Assembly (NCBI GenBank): GCA_033812955.1
Contig: JAPXSS010000006.1
Span: 1,911 to 65,910 of the forward strand
DNA: 64,000 bases
Source: Syntrophobacteraceae bacterium
GTDB taxonomy: Bacteria; Desulfobacterota; Syntrophobacteria; Syntrophobacterales; Syntrophobacteraceae
Direction of reading: 5' to 3'
This document shows, piece by piece, positions 56,062-64,000 of this stretch. A program made the translations under genes and the position numbers. A model generated the notes under the pieces. The model ran no database searches and was not told the DNA's origin. It saw only the letters and a list, made by a program, of their open reading frames with translations. Position 1 is the first letter of the stretch. Every line of letters starts with the position of its first letter.

Positions 56062-56739
56062 ATGTATGTCGGCTGGAACATGAAGACGAATCTTGTCACC
56101 GTTTCCCCTGAGACATCCATCTTCAAGGCGCGGGAACTGATGGATACCCGCAAGGTCTCACAATTGCCGGTCACCGACGGTCGGGCTCACCTGCTGGGCA
56201 TCGTGACGGACCGGGACTTGCGGCAGGCCTGGGCTTCTCCCGCGACCACGCTGAGCATCCATGAACTCACCTATGTCCTCCAGAAGCTGACGGTGGGCAA
56301 TATCATGACCAAGAAGGTCATTACAGCCACCCCGGCCATGACCATCGAGAGTGCGGCGCGGCTCATCCATGACCACAAGTTCAGTGCCCTGCCGGTGCTC
56401 AAGGATGACCGCCTGGTAGGCATCATCACTATAACCGACCTCCTGGAAGTGCTCCTCACAGCCTTGGGAATGAGTGAAGACAGCAGTCGCCTCTCGCTTC
56501 TCGTCCGCGACCGGATCGGAGTGCTGGCAGAGGCTGCCGGTTGTATGCAGCGCTCGGAGATCAATATCCGCAGCGTGATAATTGTCCCTCTCCCGAGCTA
56601 CGAAGGGATTTGGCAGCTGATCCTGCGGGTGGCAATGACAGATGCCGCCAAGGCCGCCGAAGCGCTCCAGGAAGCGGGATTCAAGGTCGTCACCCACTAC
56701 GTGGAGGATCTCACTCCCTACCTGCCTGATCCCGCCTAG
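56062..56739 (+). CDS. CBS-pair plus ACT-like domain protein (AcuB-like)
   Basis: Two CBS motifs (MDTRKVSQLPVTD..LLGIVTDRD; HDHKFSALPVLKDDRLVGIITITD) followed by an ACT-like C-terminal segment. Confidence 0.7.
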   Translation: MYVGWNMKTNLVTVSPETSIFKARELMDTRKVSQLPVTDGRAHLLGIVTDRDLRQAWASPATTLSIHELTYVLQKLTVGNIMTKKVITATPAMTIESAARLIHDHKFSALPVLKDDRLVGIITITDLLEVLLTALGMSEDSSRLSLLVRDRIGVLAEAAGCMQRSEINIRSVIIVPLPSYEGIWQLILRVAMTDAAKAAEALQEAGFKVVTHYVEDLTPYLPDPA

Positions 56740-56835
56740 TCAGCAGTGAAAGATGAGCCACTCGGCGGCCGCGTAACCCTCTTGGACGAAACCAGCGGTT
56801 TTGCCGACTCCCGTCCATGACGCCGGAATCAGACC

Positions 56836-57456
56836 ATGGCTGACGTGATCGACCTCCCCCAACGGTTCCCTCCCCACCAGGACAACCTCATTGTCCTCGA
56901 ACCCCTGGAATGGCGCCGCGCCGACTGGTTGACCGGCTACATCCTGCTCTGCACAAGGCCGGAATCCGAGCGGTTTGAAGCGCATCGGATCGAGGCCTGC
57001 CGGGTCAAGGGCCACCAGCATATCGGCTCCGTTCCCAATCACTTCCGGCTCGACGAAGGCTATCATTTCACCGCTATGGGCCTCTTTCGCCACCGTCATG
57101 ACGAAGTCGCCCTGCGGCGGGTCTATTACCTTGCCGGGCTCATGGAAGCGGTCACCAATGCACCTTCGTCGATCCTCCGGACCGACCTCCTGCGCCGAGT
57201 CTACCAGGCCATTTTAGAGGAACGGGAGCGCCTGGGGGTCCTCTGGCGCGGGCAGGTGCGCCATTTCCTGCTGCCGCTGCACCCCGAGTACTACAATCCG
57301 ACGCTGTTCTTCCATCGGATCGGCAGCGCCGAATCCCTGAAGGACCTCTTCCAGGTCATTCAGGCCGAAACCAACGCGCAGCTGGACATCCTCGCCCGCT
57401 TCTATGTGTTCTATCTGCCGGAACGAATGCTCGCCCAGGCATTCCCATCGCCTTAA
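56836..57456 (+). CDS. hypothetical protein
   Basis: 206-aa ORF, the only long frame here that is not antisense to a recognised gene. No motif recognised. Confidence 0.4.
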   Translation: MADVIDLPQRFPPHQDNLIVLEPLEWRRADWLTGYILLCTRPESERFEAHRIEACRVKGHQHIGSVPNHFRLDEGYHFTAMGLFRHRHDEVALRRVYYLAGLMEAVTNAPSSILRTDLLRRVYQAILEERERLGVLWRGQVRHFLLPLHPEYYNPTLFFHRIGSAESLKDLFQVIQAETNAQLDILARFYVFYLPERMLAQAFPSP

Positions 57457-57501
57457 CGGCCTCCGCGCCCGCCTCAGTTCGCGGCCATCCGGTGAAGCAC
57501 C

Positions 57502-58443
57502 TCAACCTTGTTCTGATGACATTAGCCCGGCCATGACCTGGTAGACCTGCACGGGACGGCGAATGTTCTTGAAATGATGTCGGCCTGCCGGTTCGAGGCG
57601 GAATGCCTGTCGGACTCGCCGGTAGGTTTCGGGGCCAACCAGGATCGCCCCATCGGTGGCGAGGGCACTGATTCTGGCAGCAAGATTGGTCACACGTCCT
57701 GAAGCGGTAAAGGTCCACCGTACTCCGGTGAGACCCTCGAACCGGGTTGACCCCACCGAGGCCAGCCCTGAGTTGATGCCCATGTTGATCGCAACCGGCG
57801 CCAACAAGCTGCGGTGCTGCGCGTTGATCAACCCGGTGCGGTCATGCATGCCGATAGCCGCGCGAACCGCATTGGCGGCATGGGTCTTCGGGTCTTGATG
57901 GCGAAAAATGATCATGAGACCATCTCCCGCCGTCTCGTTGATGTCCCCGTCGTTTTCAAGGATCACATCGAGGAAGCCGGAAAAGTAGGTTTCTATCAGG
58001 TAATTTACCTTGTCCTGAGCAAGCTGCTCGCTCATCCGGGTATAGCCGGCGGCATCCAGAAAGAGCACGCTGACGTCTTCGTCGCGCTTTGCCAGAGCGG
58101 GATTTGTGGGGTTGTTTTCGATCAGCGCGGTGACTTGGCGAGGGACGAATTTGGTGAGCTGGTCTTTGATGGTTTCGAGCAGGCGGACTTTCGACAGGGT
58201 CGCTTCGAGTTCTCGATTCCTTGCGGCCAGCTCCTCGATGATCTGCTCGAGGTGGAATTCCCGGGCTTCAACCTGAACCAGCATCATCCCGAACGATTCA
58301 GCCAGTTCCCCGATGGCGGGTGGATACTTCCCCGGCCTGGTCAGCTCGAGCAGATCGTCAACTTGCCGGTAATCTCCTCCTGCCACCTTCCGTGCAAGGT
58401 CCACCAGCAGCGGGATGACCCCCGCCAGTTGGTTGCATGCCAT
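57502..58443 (-). CDS. class III adenylate/guanylate cyclase with N-terminal HAMP-like/coiled-coil segment, no TM helix
   Basis: VSVLFLDAAGYTRMSE (metal-binding Asp), NETAGDGLMIIF, INMGINSGLASVG, WTFTASGRVTNLAAR. Confidence 0.8.
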   Translation of the reverse strand: MACNQLAGVIPLLVDLARKVAGGDYRQVDDLLELTRPGKYPPAIGELAESFGMMLVQVEAREFHLEQIIEELAARNRELEATLSKVRLLETIKDQLTKFVPRQVTALIENNPTNPALAKRDEDVSVLFLDAAGYTRMSEQLAQDKVNYLIETYFSGFLDVILENDGDINETAGDGLMIIFRHQDPKTHAANAVRAAIGMHDRTGLINAQHRSLLAPVAINMGINSGLASVGSTRFEGLTGVRWTFTASGRVTNLAARISALATDGAILVGPETYRRVRQAFRLEPAGRHHFKNIRRPVQVYQVMAGLMSSEQG

Positions 58444-58452
58444 GGTGAAGCC

Positions 58453-58785
58453 TCAATGATAAGGAGGTGGAACCTTCTCGAAGGTCATCATCCTGGTGCC
58501 AGGAAGGCTGATGCGGATAGCACCCTTGTCCAGGGTGCCGACGATGACGCCTCCGCCTTTGGTATTCACTCTGAGCTCATCATCCTTTACATACCAGGCA
58601 AAGGAAACTTCTTCGTCGTTCACCCTCCAGATGCCAACTCCATTGGGTTTGAGTTCCATCATGATGTGGGCGGGTTTCTGCGAATCACCCGAGTCCGCCT
58701 GATAGGTACCCATAACCTGGTCTTTCGACCCACATGAGACGATGATGAACAACAGCAGGCAAAGGGTACAGAGCTCTAACCGCAT
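58453..58785 (-). CDS. small lipoprotein of unknown function
   Basis: MRLELCTLCLLLFIIVSCGS, a lipobox (IVSC) after a hydrophobic signal peptide. 10 nt from the cyclase start. Confidence 0.5.
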   Translation of the reverse strand: MRLELCTLCLLLFIIVSCGSKDQVMGTYQADSGDSQKPAHIMMELKPNGVGIWRVNDEEVSFAWYVKDDELRVNTKGGGVIVGTLDKGAIRISLPGTRMMTFEKVPPPYH

Positions 58786-58822
58786 GATTGGTCCTGATCT
58801 TGTAAACATTTAACAACGGTCC

Positions 58823-59320
58823 TCAAACCGAGGGAGAGGCAACTCTGATTCTACCGGACTCGGCAAGCCCTCCCTTGCGGAAGGTCAGGAAGCGGTCACA
58901 ATAGTAGACCTGGATAGCACCGATGAGCATGACCGCATTTTCGATGATTTTCCTCCAACCGATGGGTTCCCCCACCGTATCGTAACAGCCGCAGCTGATG
59001 GGGGCACCCCAGTACATGTTGATCAGGACCATGACATCGAACAGAATGAGCATGAACCCAATCAGGATGATGCTGGCCCGTGTCAGGAACCCGAGGATCA
59101 GAAAGAGCCCGCAGACCAATTCAAGCCAGGGCAGGACCACAGCTCCCAGGTTGAGCACGGAGTAGGGGACAAGACGGTAGTTGGCGACAGCTTCAGCAAA
59201 CTGGGCCGGGTATGGAATCTTGCTCATACTTGCATAGATGAAAAAGCCGCCAATCCCGAACCTGATCAACAACGCCAGATAAGGATTCGCCAGGAGTCGT
59301 CGGAGATACACCCGGATCAT
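58823..59320 (-). CDS. MauE/DoxX-family integral membrane protein
   Basis: Four hydrophobic helices, WLELVCGLFLILG, C-terminal ISCGCYD (CGC motif typical of MauE-like proteins). 4-nt overlap with the upstream gene. Confidence 0.65.
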   Translation of the reverse strand: MIRVYLRRLLANPYLALLIRFGIGGFFIYASMSKIPYPAQFAEAVANYRLVPYSVLNLGAVVLPWLELVCGLFLILGFLTRASIILIGFMLILFDVMVLINMYWGAPISCGCYDTVGEPIGWRKIIENAVMLIGAIQVYYCDRFLTFRKGGLAESGRIRVASPSV

Positions 59321-60240
59321 TTCTTTGCCTTCCCCTCCACTGGATACCCCTGCTGTTCCCAGGCAGGCAGACTTCCTTCCAGGATTCGCACGTTCCGATG
59401 ACCACGGAGCAGCAGCTTTTCCGCCAGTTCCAGGTCATAATGCCGGCTGATGGTGTTGCCGTAGACAACGATGTCCCGGTCTTTGTCTTCGTCTGCAAGA
59501 GTCATCATGTACACGATGTCAAACAGTGGGAGGGGCATATTGCGTGCCCCTCTGATGTGGCGCAGTTGAAAGAAATTCTCGGGCATGGCATCCAGCATGA
59601 GGGCCTTGCCGGCCTGAAGTTCTGTCATGGCGGCAGCCGCGCTTATGGTGGGAATGCTGGTCCGATCTGCGGCAGCCGGGAAGAGTGGGATAGCGTGGGG
59701 ATTGGAGAAGTTAAAGATGATTGCCAGAACAACACTGATCCCGATGACCACCAGGAAGTCGAGCCACGAAACCCGCGACGCCCGGTAAGCCTCACGAGCC
59801 TCTAATTCGAGGAGCTTTTCATCCCTGATGAGCCAGCGCCGCAATTCCTTGAAAAACACTTTGGAGGTTTCCGGGAATTCCCGCAGGATGCGATCGAACT
59901 CATCTTTTGACAAGACCAGCAGGTGTGTCACCTCGAGCGCCTCGGCGTTGGCTGACCGCGGCTCACCAGTGAGCAGCGCCATTTCGCCGAAAGACTCGGA
60001 GGGGCCGGGATAGGACAGGGTGGTCTCTACACCGTCTTTGCTTTTACGAAAGATTCTTACCCGCCCTGACCGGATGATGTAGAGACCGTCACCGGGATCA
60101 CCTTCCCTTAGGATGGTGCTATGTGGCGGGACAACCAGAGGCCTGACGGTTCGGGCGATCGCTTCGAGCGCGTCCCTGGGCAGGTCTCGAAAAATTGGGT
60201 TGCCCGCGAGGAACTCCGCCGCGTTCTGAATCTCTTTCAT
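59317..60240 (-). CDS. cyclic-nucleotide-binding domain - TM helix - rhodanese-like domain protein (rhodanese catalytic Cys absent)
   Basis: cNMP site FGEMALLTGEPRSANAEA. TM segment WLDFLVVIGISVVLAIIF. Rhodanese-like C-terminus with IVVYGNTISRHYD where active rhodaneses have a CxxGxR loop. Confidence 0.7.
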   Translation of the reverse strand: MKEIQNAAEFLAGNPIFRDLPRDALEAIARTVRPLVVPPHSTILREGDPGDGLYIIRSGRVRIFRKSKDGVETTLSYPGPSESFGEMALLTGEPRSANAEALEVTHLLVLSKDEFDRILREFPETSKVFFKELRRWLIRDEKLLELEAREAYRASRVSWLDFLVVIGISVVLAIIFNFSNPHAIPLFPAAADRTSIPTISAAAAMTELQAGKALMLDAMPENFFQLRHIRGARNMPLPLFDIVYMMTLADEDKDRDIVVYGNTISRHYDLELAEKLLLRGHRNVRILEGSLPAWEQQGYPVEGKAKK

Positions 60241-60242
60241 GG

Positions 60243-60818
60243 TCAGCGCTGCGTTTTGTGGATTTCTCTGAGCTCCTTCAACAATCCATCAAAATCCTTG
60301 ATCTCTCCCAGATGAGACAGGAGAATCTTGCCGTCTCCGGAGAGCAGAACCATGGCGGGTGTCCCCGGCACTTCAACGACCTCGGCCACCGTCAGCCGGT
60401 CGTCCGGAAAAACGGGAAACGGTGTGTTGGTGCTCTTCTTGAAAGCCTCGACTTGGGTCTTGTTGTTGCCGATGGCGACTGCGATCATTTTCACATCCCG
60501 AGACAGCGCGGCGTCAGTCCGGATCACCTTGTGGAGCCTGTTGAGAACGGGGGCGTTGGCGAGGCAATGAGTGCAGAATACATCCATGAACTCAACGAAA
60601 ACCATTTTCGAAGACACATCGGAAAGCCTGAAGGGTCCCATGCCTTTCAGCCCGAGATACTTCTGCACTTCCGGAGATTCGGGAGGAGGCAGGGTGAACG
60701 CGGGGAGCGAGCTTCCCGGCGCCAGCCCCTCTGCCAGCACCATCGAACCAGGGCCACCCAGCAGGATGAAGAACAAACCGATCAGGAAAAGCGACTGCAA
60801 CAATCGTTTCTGCTTCAT
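60243..60818 (-). CDS. secreted or membrane-anchored TlpA/redoxin-like thioredoxin-fold protein
   Basis: Signal/anchor MKQKRLLQSLFLIGLFFILLGG (start 60818, RBS AAGGAGAA). CxxC active site in FMDVFCTHCLANAP. Confidence 0.7.
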   Translation of the reverse strand: MKQKRLLQSLFLIGLFFILLGGPGSMVLAEGLAPGSSLPAFTLPPPESPEVQKYLGLKGMGPFRLSDVSSKMVFVEFMDVFCTHCLANAPVLNRLHKVIRTDAALSRDVKMIAVAIGNNKTQVEAFKKSTNTPFPVFPDDRLTVAEVVEVPGTPAMVLLSGDGKILLSHLGEIKDFDGLLKELREIHKTQR

Positions 60819-61054
60819 GCAACTATTCTCCTTGGGACCATCTTGTTTCACCCACCGGACCTGTTGCGCGGAAGCGCGACGGGGCCGGTTACAGAATGCG
60901 ATTCCACAGCAGCGCATGCCCTCCCCCAGCTCGTTCCTTCACGGTCCGATATCGGGGGAAGGCTGTCTGAATGTATACAGTATCGGCAGATATGTTCAAA
61001 AGGAAAAGTCAGAAATGCAGGTGAGTTTTTCCCCACCCCGCAGGCCTGCAGTTC

Positions 61055-63328
61055 TCAGTAGATGCGACTGGCGGCAGTGGCTTCCACCACCCCGACGGTG
61101 GTCAGATTCACCACCTCTTCCACCGAAAAACCGTACGGCCGAGGATGCACCGGGAGGCGGGTGCCTGTCAGCAGCGGGCCGATCAGAACCGCTTCCTCGA
61201 CCATACATTGGAGTAGATCTAGAGCAATATTACCGGATTGCAGATCGGGAAAAATGAGCACGTTGGCGTCGTTTTTGAGTTCCGAGAAGGGGAAATACTT
61301 CTGGCGGCGAATGCTGTTCAGGGCGGTGCTAAGCTGCACTTCACCGTCTATCACCAAATCCGGTGCCAGTTCCTTGGCAATGGCCGTAGCTTGACGAACC
61401 TTGCGCGTGAAGGGGTGGTCGACCCCACCATAGCTGGAAAAGGAAAGCATCGCCACGCGCGGTTCAATGCCCAGGGAACGGGCTCGGTTGGCGGCGAACA
61501 AGGCGGTTTCCGCCAGATCTTCGGCATCCGGATTGATATTCACCCCGCAGTCAGCCAGAAAATAGACGTTCTTGTGCAGAAGGACCATATGATGGCTGGA
61601 GATTTTTCGCACTCCCGGGGCTGTCCCGATCACTTCTAGAATGGTTCGCAAAGAATCCGCATAGTGGATGGCAACGCCGCCGATCATCATGTCAGCGGCC
61701 CCGGTGTGAAGCATGAGGGCCGCGAAATAATCGCGCTGACGCATGCGTTCCCGCGCCGCATCCAGGATGATGCCCCGTCGTCGCCGCATCCGGTAGTATT
61801 CTTCCACATATGTTTCGAACAGCGGACTGCGGTCGGGATCGATGATCTGAACCCCACCGAGATCGAGATCGAGCCGATGGATGAGCTCACGAATGCTCTC
61901 TTCCGCCCCCAGCAGGATCGGACTGGCGACCCCCTCGTTCACCAGGATCGAGCAGGCTCGTACAATCTGCTCGCTGTCCCCGCTGGAGAAGACCACCTTG
62001 AGATTCTTCTGCCGGGCCTTCATGACCAAGCCGCGCAGCGTCTCGCGCTCCGTCCCCAGGCGCACGATCAGGCTCTCACGATACGGCTCGGTTTCCACCG
62101 AGATGCGGGCCACTCCTTCCTCGATGGCCTGTTGCGCCACCGCGATCGACTCGCGCAGCAGGATGCGGGGATCTATGGGCTTGGGCAGCAGGTATTCAGG
62201 GCCAAAACTGAAGTGCTCATAGCCGTAGGCCCGTTCCACCTCTTCGACAATCTCCTCCCGCGCCAGTTCGGCCAGGGCCCGGGCTGCCGCGATGAGCATC
62301 CCTTCGGTGATCTGGGTAGCCTGAACATCCAAGGCTCCCCGAAAGATGTACGGAAAGCTCAGGGTGTCCAGGATCGCGTTGGGATACTGCCCCAGACCGG
62401 TTGCCACGATGACGTCCCGGCGGCTGGCACGGGCAGCTTCGTAGCTGATCTCGGGTTCGGGGATGGCCAGGGGGAAGAGTATGGGATAGGGGTTCATGGA
62501 GCGCACCATTTCCTGGGTCACTAACCCGCCGGCAGAGGCCCCCAAGAAAATATCCGCGCCCTTGATACCTTCGGCCAGAGAGCGGGCGGGATGATTCTGG
62601 GCAAAGACCCGCTGGTGCTCACGCAGGTCATTCCGATCCGGATGCAGCAGGCCGGTGCGGTCATAGCAGAGCAGGTTTTCCGGCTGCACTCCCAGCTGCC
62701 GGAAGAGTCTGGCACAGCCCGTGCCCATGTTGCCGATGCCGTTGATCACCACCCGGGCTTCCTCGATGTTCTTATCCACGAGATCGAGGGCGTTGATCAG
62801 GGCAGCAGCCGCCACCACCGCGGAGCTGTAGATATTCTGGTGGAAGACGGGAATGTTCATGGCCTCGCTGAGCCGGTCGTAGATGTAGAGGCCCTCGGGA
62901 AAATGAATGTCCTTGAGGATGATCCCGCCAAAGGTGGGTTCCAGGGCCAGGACCGTCTCGATGAAGCGTTCGGGATCCGTGATGTTCAACTCGAGATCGA
63001 ACACATCGATATCCGCCAGCCGCTTGAACAGGACGACCATCCCCTCCTGAATCGGTTTGGCGGCCTCCGGACCGACGTTGCCCAGATCCGGTACGGCCGT
63101 GCCATTGGTAATGACTCCCACCAGGTTGGCACGCGTGGTGTACCGAAAGATCTTCGATGGGTCTTCGGCAATGGCCGCCGAGGCGAAGACCGCCCCGGGC
63201 AGATAGGCAAAGCGCAACTCACGCGGGGTCAGACATGGTTTGGTGGCCCTCAGTTCAATTTTACCGGGGCGGTCACCTTCGTGGTAATTGAGGGCGTCCT
63301 TGGCTCGAATCATAAACTGGTCTCCCAA
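61055..63328 (-). CDS. maeB: NADP-dependent malic enzyme (malic enzyme domain plus PTA-like C-terminal domain)
   Basis: [58 protein letters not shown]. The C-terminal half is phosphotransacetylase-like. The start may be 63313. Confidence 0.9.
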   Translation of the reverse strand: MGDQFMIRAKDALNYHEGDRPGKIELRATKPCLTPRELRFAYLPGAVFASAAIAEDPSKIFRYTTRANLVGVITNGTAVPDLGNVGPEAAKPIQEGMVVLFKRLADIDVFDLELNITDPERFIETVLALEPTFGGIILKDIHFPEGLYIYDRLSEAMNIPVFHQNIYSSAVVAAAALINALDLVDKNIEEARVVINGIGNMGTGCARLFRQLGVQPENLLCYDRTGLLHPDRNDLREHQRVFAQNHPARSLAEGIKGADIFLGASAGGLVTQEMVRSMNPYPILFPLAIPEPEISYEAARASRRDVIVATGLGQYPNAILDTLSFPYIFRGALDVQATQITEGMLIAAARALAELAREEIVEEVERAYGYEHFSFGPEYLLPKPIDPRILLRESIAVAQQAIEEGVARISVETEPYRESLIVRLGTERETLRGLVMKARQKNLKVVFSSGDSEQIVRACSILVNEGVASPILLGAEESIRELIHRLDLDLGGVQIIDPDRSPLFETYVEEYYRMRRRRGIILDAARERMRQRDYFAALMLHTGAADMMIGGVAIHYADSLRTILEVIGTAPGVRKISSHHMVLLHKNVYFLADCGVNINPDAEDLAETALFAANRARSLGIEPRVAMLSFSSYGGVDHPFTRKVRQATAIAKELAPDLVIDGEVQLSTALNSIRRQKYFPFSELKNDANVLIFPDLQSGNIALDLLQCMVEEAVLIGPLLTGTRLPVHPRPYGFSVEEVVNLTTVGVVEATAASRIY

Positions 63329-63330
63329 AG

Positions 63331-64000
63331 TTACTTGTTGCAGGTTGAAAAGGGATACTGCTGGGTAGTTTCCCGCAGCAGCGCCGGAAAGGTTCCGACC
63401 GGCCTGGCCTGGAGAATCCAGAGTTTGGCGCCTTCGATCCCGAATTCGATATCGAGGGGATGCCCGTAGGCAGTTTCAAGACGATCGGCGATGGCCACCA
63501 GTTCCGCCAGCTCAACGTATTCCATGGCAGGGCGAAGGCGCTGGTGGTAGAGGGTGGGCGAACGGTACGTGCCGAACCCGGCACGGCTGTCGAACATCAC
63601 CTGTTCCCGCTTGTCGGCTGTGATGTAACGAAACCGCAGCGGCGCACTCTGCAGGTTGTCGGTTTTGGCCACCACGATCTGGTCGGCGGCTACAATCCCC
63701 GACACAATGCCCTCTCCAAGCCCCAGCCCGACACTGATCACCATCTCCCGCAATTTGTCTTCGGCGATGTTCACCGTTTGGAGGACCCCCGAGACGCGCG
63801 ACCAGGCATTGCGCTGGATAATGATGCCGCCGACGACCCGGTCCAGTCTGGTACCCAGGACCAGACGGTTGTGAATCGCCCGCTCCGTCCAAAGACCGCT
63901 CCAGGCCCGTTTGAGATATTCCAGGAGCTGTTCGTGACCGCGTATGTACAGAAAAGTCTCGAACTCCCCGGCACGCGTGAAATTCTCGGTATCCTCCTCA
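63331..64000 (-). CDS. PEP/pyruvate-binding (PPDK_N-type) domain protein, N-terminus outside the window
   Basis: Own extension of track ORF 63331..63774. The frame is open to 64000: EEDTENFTRAGEFETFLYIRGHEQLLEYLKRAWSGLWTERAIHNRL...RVSGVLQTVNIA...LDIEFGIEGAKLWILQARP, the ATP-grasp N-domain pattern of PEP synthase/PPDK. Confidence 0.75.
   Translation of the reverse strand, partial: EEDTENFTRAGEFETFLYIRGHEQLLEYLKRAWSGLWTERAIHNRLVLGTRLDRVVGGIIIQRNAWSRVSGVLQTVNIAEDKLREMVISVGLGLGEGIVSGIVAADQIVVAKTDNLQSAPLRFRYITADKREQVMFDSRAGFGTYRSPTLYHQRLRPAMEYVELAELVAIADRLETAYGHPLDIEFGIEGAKLWILQARPVGTFPALLRETTQQYPFSTCNK

Overview
GC-rich chromosomal segment, probably from an anaerobic deltaproteobacterium (Desulfobacterota-type); this is inferred only from gene content. 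No rRNA, tRNA, CRISPR array, transposase or prophage gene was recognised. The main feature is a roughly 22-kb redox supercluster at 7.07-29.13 kb. It starts with hdrC-hdrB, a 1475-aa HdrL-type fusion carrying a GltD/NfnB-like NAD(P)H module, mvhD and an HdrC/HdrB fusion protein. Two diverged copies of an hdrA-hdrA2-mvhD cassette follow. The first is joined to a [NiFeSe] group-3c hydrogenase (mvhG/mvhA). The second is joined to an Fe-S protein plus a formate dehydrogenase catalytic subunit. I found eight in-frame UGA codons in seven genes at positions that are conserved Cys in these families, each followed by a hairpin. The ORF track therefore truncates or splits all seven genes, and I re-joined them by hand. 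Flanking genes are mostly housekeeping: mqnD/mqnB, an IspH-UbiA-like fusion, der, manC, a STAS/RsbW pair, punA with two MtaD-like deaminases, a polyamine cluster (speE, carboxynorspermidine dehydrogenase and decarboxylase), a dynamin-like GTPase, miaA, mutL, mreB and maeB. Other points of interest are a five-gene operon linking a class III cyclase, a cNMP-binding rhodanese-like membrane protein, MauE/DoxX and a TlpA-like thioredoxin. There are also several gene remnants (Usp, DUF985 cupin, DUF4301, GT2/histidine-kinase fragments, glycogen phosphorylase) and a REP-like palindrome cluster. All calls rest on motif recognition and manual translation; no database search was run.
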